A DNA stretch of 64,000 bases from Myxococcota bacterium (GTDB lineage: Bacteria; Myxococcota_A; UBA9160; PR03). Positions 58,408 through 64,000 of this stretch are shown piece after piece (position 1 is the stretch's first letter; the number at the start of each line of letters is the position of its first letter). The stretch lies in assembly GCA_041611735.1 (NCBI GenBank), contig JBFIML010000002.1:91402-155401 (forward strand). Reading direction: 5' to 3'. Under the pieces are notes generated by a model. It made no database searches. It worked only from the letters and a program-made list of their open reading frames with translations, and had not been told where the DNA came from. Both the position numbers and the translations under genes were made by a program.

Positions 58408-59145
58408 ATGACGGCCGCAGGCGTCATCCCGGCACGCTGGGGTGCGAGGCGCTTTCCCGGCAAGCCGCTGGCTCCCGTCGGGGGCGTCCCCCTGGTGCGA
58501 CGCGTGTGGCAGGGCGCCGTCGGCGCCAAACGCCTGTCGCGCCTCGTGGTGGCGACCGACGACGCACGCATCGCCGAGGCCTGTCGCGGCTTCGGCGCCG
58601 AGGTGGCGCTCACGAGCCCGGACCATTTCAGCGGGACGGACCGCGTGGCCGAGGTAGCCGCCCGCCTCGACGAGGAGATCGTGGTCAACGTGCAGGGCGA
58701 CGAAGCCCTGATCGAGGGGCACGTGGTGGACGCGGCGGTGGCGGTCCTGGAGCAGGACCCGGAGGCTCCCATGGCGACGCTCGTCCATCGTGCCGAGCCG
58801 GATGCCCTCGACGACCCGAACCGCGTCAAGGTGGTGCTCGACCGGCGCGGGAACGCGCTCTACTTCTCCCGCAGCCGGATTCCCTTCGCGCGGGATGCGG
58901 GAGAACGGGTGGCCTACTGGCAGCACGTGGGCCTGTATGCCTACCGTCGTCCCTTCCTGCTGCGCTTCGTCGCGCTTCCGACGACCCCGGCGGAGCGGGC
59001 CGAAGGACTCGAGCAGCTGCGCGCGCTGGAGCACGGACACCGCATCCGCGTGGCGGTCGTCGAGGGCTGGCAGAGCCTGCCCGTGGACGTGCCCGGGGAC
59101 GTGGCTCGCGTCGAGGCCCGGCTGCGGGAGCTCGGCCGGTGCTGA
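58408..59145 (+). CDS. kdsB: 3-deoxy-manno-octulosonate cytidylyltransferase
   Basis: IPARWGARRFPGKPL, SGTDR, NVQGDE, LYFSR, LEQLRALE. Confidence 0.96.
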   Translation: MTAAGVIPARWGARRFPGKPLAPVGGVPLVRRVWQGAVGAKRLSRLVVATDDARIAEACRGFGAEVALTSPDHFSGTDRVAEVAARLDEEIVVNVQGDEALIEGHVVDAAVAVLEQDPEAPMATLVHRAEPDALDDPNRVKVVLDRRGNALYFSRSRIPFARDAGERVAYWQHVGLYAYRRPFLLRFVALPTTPAERAEGLEQLRALEHGHRIRVAVVEGWQSLPVDVPGDVARVEARLRELGRC

Positions 59146-59774
59146 CGCCGGTGCTGCTCGGCTGCCTGCTCGGCCTGCGGCACGCCAGCGACCCGGATCA
59201 CGTGGCTGCCATCGGGGCGATCGTGACCCGTCATCGTCGCCCGGGGACGGCGGCCTGGATCGGCGCGGCCTGGGGGCTGGGACACGGCGTCACGCTGCTC
59301 GCGGTCGGCGCGGTGGTGGTGGCCCTGCGGGGCCGCTTCTCACCGGACCTGGTCCTCGCCTTCGAGGGCCTGGTGGCGGCCGTGCTGGTGCTGCTCGGGG
59401 CGACGAACCTGGTCCAGGCGGGTCGCGGCGACGCGACCGCGGACGGCCCGGGCGGCTCCGAGCGGATCCCGGCCCAGCTCGCCCGCTCCTGCGCCGTCGG
59501 CGTCGCCCACGGCCTGGCGGGCAGCGCCGCGGTGGCCCTGCTCGCCCTGGCGGCCATGCCCACGCCGGCCGCCGCCGTGCTCTACCTCGGCGCCTTCGGC
59601 TTCGGCACCGTCGCCGCCATGACGGCGATCTCGCTCGGCCTGGGCGTGCCGTTCGCCTGGGCGGGACGGGTGCCCGCGCTGCGACGCGGCCTGGTGGCCG
59701 GAAGCGGCGCCCTGGCCATCGGGGTCGGGCTGTACCTGGCCTGGGAGATCGGCCGGGCCGGCATGGCGCTCTAG
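59139..59774 (+). CDS. NiCoT/UreH-like nickel/cobalt transporter-family membrane protein
   Basis: GLRHASDPDHVAAI, WGLGH, GVAHGLAGS. Confidence 0.8.
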   Translation: MLTPVLLGCLLGLRHASDPDHVAAIGAIVTRHRRPGTAAWIGAAWGLGHGVTLLAVGAVVVALRGRFSPDLVLAFEGLVAAVLVLLGATNLVQAGRGDATADGPGGSERIPAQLARSCAVGVAHGLAGSAAVALLALAAMPTPAAAVLYLGAFGFGTVAAMTAISLGLGVPFAWAGRVPALRRGLVAGSGALAIGVGLYLAWEIGRAGMAL

Positions 59775-59790
59775 GCAGGGGGCCACGGCG

Positions 59791-60747
59791 ATGTCCACGC
59801 GACTCGATGCCCGCACGGTTCGCGAGTGGGGCGAGCGCTACTCCAACTGGGGTCGCTGGGGGAACGAGGACCAGCGGGGCACGCTGAACTTCGTGACGCC
59901 GGAGCGCGTGCTGATGGCCTGCAGCCTGCCGCGGCGCGGCCTGGTGGTCTCCTGCGCGCTGCCCTTCGATCAGAACGGGCCACAGAGTGGCCTCGCCGGA
60001 CGCCACAACCCGATCCACGTCATGCTGGCCGACGGCGGGGATGCGTTGTCGGGGGCCCAGGACTTCCTGGCCGGCGGGTTCCGCTATGCGGACGACGCCG
60101 TCACCATGCCCCTGCAGTGCGGGACCCAGTGGGACGCCCTCGCCCACGTGTTCTACGACGGCAGGATGTACAACGACCGCGACGTGCGCTGGGTGACCAG
60201 CCGAGGTGCGCTGTTCAACTCGATCGACCAGATCCGGGACGGCGTGTGCGGGCGTGGCGTGCTGCTCGACCTGCCGCGCTTCCGCCGCCTGCCCTGGCTC
60301 GAGGACGGGACGGCCATCCTCCCGGAGCACCTGGACACGTGCGCCGAGGCGCAGGGGGTGACGGTCGAGTCCGGAGACATCGTGCTGGTGCGCACGGGCA
60401 TGATGAAGCGCTGCCTGGAGCAGAAGTCGTGGCAGGGCTACTGCGGCGGACCGGCGCCGGGGCTCTCGCTGCACTGCGCACGCTGGATCTACGAACGCTG
60501 CGTGGCAGCCGTGGCCACCGATACCTGGGGGGTCGAGGTGATCCCCAACGAGACGCCGGACTGCTTCCAACCCCTGCACATGGTCTCGATCCGCAACACC
60601 GGGATCCTGTTCGGCGAGATCTTCGCCCTGGACGCGCTCGCCGACGCCTGCGCCGAGGATGGCGAGTACGCCTTCCTGTTCGTCGCTCCCCCGCTGCCCA
60701 TCACCGGCGCGGTGGGATCCCCCATCAACCCGCTCGCGATCAAGTAG
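59791..60747 (+). CDS. Cyclase-family (kynurenine formamidase-like) metal-dependent hydrolase
   Basis: NWGRWG..DQRGTLN, TQWDALAH, GRGVLLD, GDIVLVRTG, GSPINPLAI. Confidence 0.9.
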   Translation: MSTRLDARTVREWGERYSNWGRWGNEDQRGTLNFVTPERVLMACSLPRRGLVVSCALPFDQNGPQSGLAGRHNPIHVMLADGGDALSGAQDFLAGGFRYADDAVTMPLQCGTQWDALAHVFYDGRMYNDRDVRWVTSRGALFNSIDQIRDGVCGRGVLLDLPRFRRLPWLEDGTAILPEHLDTCAEAQGVTVESGDIVLVRTGMMKRCLEQKSWQGYCGGPAPGLSLHCARWIYERCVAAVATDTWGVEVIPNETPDCFQPLHMVSIRNTGILFGEIFALDALADACAEDGEYAFLFVAPPLPITGAVGSPINPLAIK

Positions 60748-60777
60748 CTGGTCGCGACCGACCTGCGAGGAGATCCC

Positions 60778-61593
60778 ATGCCCTCCGAAGGCTTCCTGGT
60801 GGAGCGGGATGGCGGTGTCGCCACCGTCGTCGTGAACCGCCCGGACCGCATGAACACCTTCACCAACGAGATGTTCGCCGAGCTGCCCGGACTCCTGCGC
60901 GAGCTGGCCCACGACCCGGAAGTGCGCTGCGTGGTGCTGACGGGCAGCGGGGAGCGCGCCTTCTCGGCCGGCCTCGATCTGGCCACGGCGGGGTCCGCCG
61001 CGCCGGAGCCGACGGGCGGGCCCGCCAAGGATCTCCTGGAGACCGCCATCGACCGCTTGCAGCGCTATCAGGAGGCCGCCTGGCTGCTGCATACCATGAC
61101 CAAGCCCACCCTGGCGTCGGTGAACGGGGCGGTGGCGGGGGCCTCGCTCTCCCTGGCCGCCGCCTGCGACCTGCGCATCGCGTCCGAGAATGCGATCTTT
61201 CGCACCGCCTTCGCCCAGGTCGGCTTCTCCGGCGACTTCGGCGGCTCCTACTTCCTGACCCGCATCCTGGGCACCGCCAAGGCCCGGGAGCTGTTCTTCC
61301 TGGCCGATCGCGTGGATGCGGCGGAAGCCCTGCGCATCGGGCTGGTGAACCGGGTGGTAGCGCGGCAGCGGCTGCGCGAGGAGACGCGCGGGCTGGCCCG
61401 GCGGCTCGCCGCCGGACCGCCCCTGGCCTTCCGCTACATGAAGCGCAATCTGAACCTCGCGCTCAGCACCCACGCGCGGGACCTCTTCGACCTGGAAGCC
61501 GAGGCCATGATGCGGACCGGCGCGACCGAGGACTTCCGCGAGGCGGCGCGCGCCTTCCTGGAGAAGCGGAACCCGACCTTCCGCGGACGCTGA
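60778..61593 (+). CDS. Enoyl-CoA hydratase/isomerase family protein
   Basis: NRPDRMN, AFSAGLDL, VNGAVAGA, CDLRIAS, AFLEKRNPTFRGR. Confidence 0.93.
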   Translation: MPSEGFLVERDGGVATVVVNRPDRMNTFTNEMFAELPGLLRELAHDPEVRCVVLTGSGERAFSAGLDLATAGSAAPEPTGGPAKDLLETAIDRLQRYQEAAWLLHTMTKPTLASVNGAVAGASLSLAAACDLRIASENAIFRTAFAQVGFSGDFGGSYFLTRILGTAKARELFFLADRVDAAEALRIGLVNRVVARQRLREETRGLARRLAAGPPLAFRYMKRNLNLALSTHARDLFDLEAEAMMRTGATEDFREAARAFLEKRNPTFRGR

Positions 61594-61612
61594 GCGCCGG
61601 CGGCGCGGCTCC

Positions 61613-64000
61613 GTGTGGCACCTCGGCCTGCTCTACCTGGTCTCGGGCCTGGCGGCCCTGGCCGCGGAGACGGTCTGGCTGCGCTGGCTGCGGCTGCTGC
61701 TCGGCGCCACGGCGCCGGCAGCCTCCGCCACGCTGGTGGCCTTCTTCACCGGCCACGCGCTCGGCGCCGCCTGGGCGGCGCGCCGGGTGCGGGTGTGGCG
61801 GAGCCCGCTGCGCGCCTGGGCGGGGCTCGAGCTGGCGGCCGCCGCCTGCGCGCTCGCGGTTCCCGTCCTGCTGGCTGGCGTGGAGCGCGGGTTGCTGCCC
61901 CTCTACGAGGCCCTGCACACGAGCCCCGTGGCCCTCGCCGGTGTGCGCTACGCGGGCGCGCTGCTCGCCACCCTGCCCGCTTCGTTCTGCTTCGGCGCGA
62001 CCTTCCCGGCCGTGGGCGCCGCGGCCCTGGGGTCGCTGCGCGGCCTGGGTGCCGTGGGCGCCTCCCTCTACGCCCTGAACACCCTGGGCGCCGCGGCGGG
62101 CGCCGCACTCGCCGCCTTCGTCCTCCTGGAGCGGATCGGCGTGCCCGGCACCTACGGACTGGCGGTGGGACTGTCCGCCGGGGTCGGCCTCGGCGCCCTA
62201 GTCCTGTCCCGGCGCCCCTCCCTCCCGCGGGCGGCCCCTGCGGCCGGAGGACCGCCGCGCAGGGGCGGGCGCGAGGCCCCGCCCGCCTCCCTCGACGCCC
62301 GCGCCCTGCTCGCCCTGGCCGCCTTCTCCGGGGCCGGCGCCCTGGCCCTGCAGGTGCTGCTGGTGCAGGCCCTGGCCCTGGTCCTGAACCAGTCCGTGTA
62401 CGCGTTTGGCGCCGTGGTGGTGGTGGTGCTGCTGGCCGGCGCCGGCGCTGCCGCCGTCGTGGCCTGGCTCGAAAGACACGAGCGGGTGGACCCGCGTACC
62501 CTGCTCGGGGTGGCGCTGGCGGGCGCTGCCCTGGCCGTGGCGACCTTCCCGGTCTGGCTCGATCGCGTGACTGGAGGCCTCGCCTATGTGGGAGGCGCCG
62601 GCGGCGGCCTCGCCTACCTGGCCGCCGCTGTCGGGACCACCGCCCTGGCCGCCGGCCCGGCGCTTCTGCTGGTCTCGGGCGTCCTCCCGATCACGTTCGC
62701 CCTGGCGGCGCGCGGCACGCCGACGGGGCCGGGGGCGGCTTTCGGCGGGGCCGTCCTGGGGCGGCTCGTGGCCGCCAACACCGCCGGCGCCGTGGTGGGC
62801 GCGCTGGCCGCCCCCTACGGGCTGCTGGCCTACGTGGGCCTCTGGCCCGCCTTCGCCGTCCTCGCCGTGCTGTACGGGGTCGTCGCCGTGGCGGTGCCGG
62901 ATGCGACGCCGCGGCGGCGCCTGCGGCGCGACCTCGTGCTGGCCGTGGGCTGGGTGGTGCTGCTGCTGCGCGCCAGCCCGCTCGGAGTTCCGGAGGTGCG
63001 CCTCGCCGCCGGCGAGCGCCTGCTGCACGCCCGCTCCACGCCGGCCGGGCTGGTGGCGGTGGTCGAGCGCGACGGCCAGCGCCTGATCCGGCTCGACAAC
63101 CACTACGTGCTGGGCGGCACCGCCGAGCAGGTGCACGAGGAGCGCCAGGGGCACCTGCCCCTGCTGCTCCACCCGGCGCCGCGGCGCGTGGTGTTCGTGG
63201 GCCCGGCCACGGGCATCAGCGCGGGAGCGGCCCTGGCGCATGGCGTGCAGCAGGTGCATCTGGTGGAGCTCGTCCCGGAGGTCGGACGGGCGGGAGCGCG
63301 CTTCTTCGCCGCGGCCAACCGCGGCGTCTACGCCGACCCGCGTGCCCGCGTGATCCTGGACGACGCCCGCAACTACCTGCGCTCCACCCGGGAGCGCTTC
63401 GACGTGGTGGTGGCCGACCTCTTCGTGCCCTGGCAGGCGGGCGCTGGATCCCTGTACACGCGCGAGCACTTCGCGACGGTCCGCGAGCGGCTGGCCCCGG
63501 ACGGCCTCTTCTGCCAGTGGCTGCCGCTGTATCAGCTCTCGGAGCGCGAGCTGCGCGTGCTGCTGCGCACGTTCCTCGACGTCTTCCCGCGTGCGGCGCT
63601 CTTCCGCGGTGACTTCTACGGCTCCTTCCCGATCGTGGCGGCCGTCGGCTGGAAGGGCCACGTGCCCTCGGCCGAGACGCTGGGTCGCTCCGCGACGCGT
63701 CTCGCCGCGGGCGGCGAGAGCGACCGTTGGGTGAGCGATCCGCTGGGCTTCTGGACCCTGTACGTGGCGCCGCTGGCGGCGTCCGTGCCGGCGCTCGCGG
63801 ACGTTCCGCTCAACACGGATGCGCGCCCGCGCATCGAGTTCCTGGCCGCGCGCAGCCATGCGGGGGGGCGCCGCGGCAAGCAGGATGCCCTGGTGGGCCT
63901 GGAATGGGTCGCCTTCGCGGAACGCCTCGCCGCGGCCGCGGCGGGGTCCGGCGACCCGCTCTTCCCGGAGCTTGCCGGCGAGGCCCGGCGCGCCGTGGCG
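61613..64000 (+). CDS. Fused membrane (MFS-like) / spermidine-synthase-like protein, runs off the right window edge
   Basis: Manual translation: SGLAALAAETVWLR...LYALNTLGA...HPAPRRVVFVGPATGISA...DDARNYL...FDVVVADLFVPW...LYTREHF; absent from the ORF track because no stop lies in the window. Confidence 0.85.
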   Translation, partial: MWHLGLLYLVSGLAALAAETVWLRWLRLLLGATAPAASATLVAFFTGHALGAAWAARRVRVWRSPLRAWAGLELAAAACALAVPVLLAGVERGLLPLYEALHTSPVALAGVRYAGALLATLPASFCFGATFPAVGAAALGSLRGLGAVGASLYALNTLGAAAGAALAAFVLLERIGVPGTYGLAVGLSAGVGLGALVLSRRPSLPRAAPAAGGPPRRGGREAPPASLDARALLALAAFSGAGALALQVLLVQALALVLNQSVYAFGAVVVVVLLAGAGAAAVVAWLERHERVDPRTLLGVALAGAALAVATFPVWLDRVTGGLAYVGGAGGGLAYLAAAVGTTALAAGPALLLVSGVLPITFALAARGTPTGPGAAFGGAVLGRLVAANTAGAVVGALAAPYGLLAYVGLWPAFAVLAVLYGVVAVAVPDATPRRRLRRDLVLAVGWVVLLLRASPLGVPEVRLAAGERLLHARSTPAGLVAVVERDGQRLIRLDNHYVLGGTAEQVHEERQGHLPLLLHPAPRRVVFVGPATGISAGAALAHGVQQVHLVELVPEVGRAGARFFAAANRGVYADPRARVILDDARNYLRSTRERFDVVVADLFVPWQAGAGSLYTREHFATVRERLAPDGLFCQWLPLYQLSERELRVLLRTFLDVFPRAALFRGDFYGSFPIVAAVGWKGHVPSAETLGRSATRLAAGGESDRWVSDPLGFWTLYVAPLAASVPALADVPLNTDARPRIEFLAARSHAGGRRGKQDALVGLEWVAFAERLAAAAAGSGDPLFPELAGEARRAVA

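Overview
A very GC-rich bacterial chromosome segment. The dnaX-ybaB-recR-mglB-mglA synteny and near-Myxococcus MglA/MglB sequences suggest Myxococcota or a related deltaproteobacterial lineage (inference). Most of the window is housekeeping: a stand-alone EF-G, infA, SRP RNA, dnaX, recR, priA, def-fmt-htpX-rsmB-rpe, phoB-phoR-porin-phoU, greA, trkAH, a complete classical menaquinone operon, PPi-PFK, kdsB and three tRNAs (Ser-CGA, Pro-CGG, Asn-GTT). No integrase, transposase, prophage or CRISPR array is visible. Best candidates for undescribed biology: (1) a LolA-like / MMPL-cNMP / MFS-HEAT-cNMP operon with a divergent START protein, possibly a cyclic-nucleotide-regulated lipid transport system; (2) a double-HTH MerR-type regulator leading the men operon, with a palindromic operator over its own apparently leaderless promoter; (3) a 163-bp nested-palindrome MITE-like element inserted at the priA stop codon; (4) regulatory signals read directly from the DNA: a four-unit 11-bp Pho-box array, a terminator in the greA leader, an extended SRP RNA hairpin, many apparently leaderless genes and two probable CTG starts. 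All product calls come from motif recognition by eye; no database searches were run.
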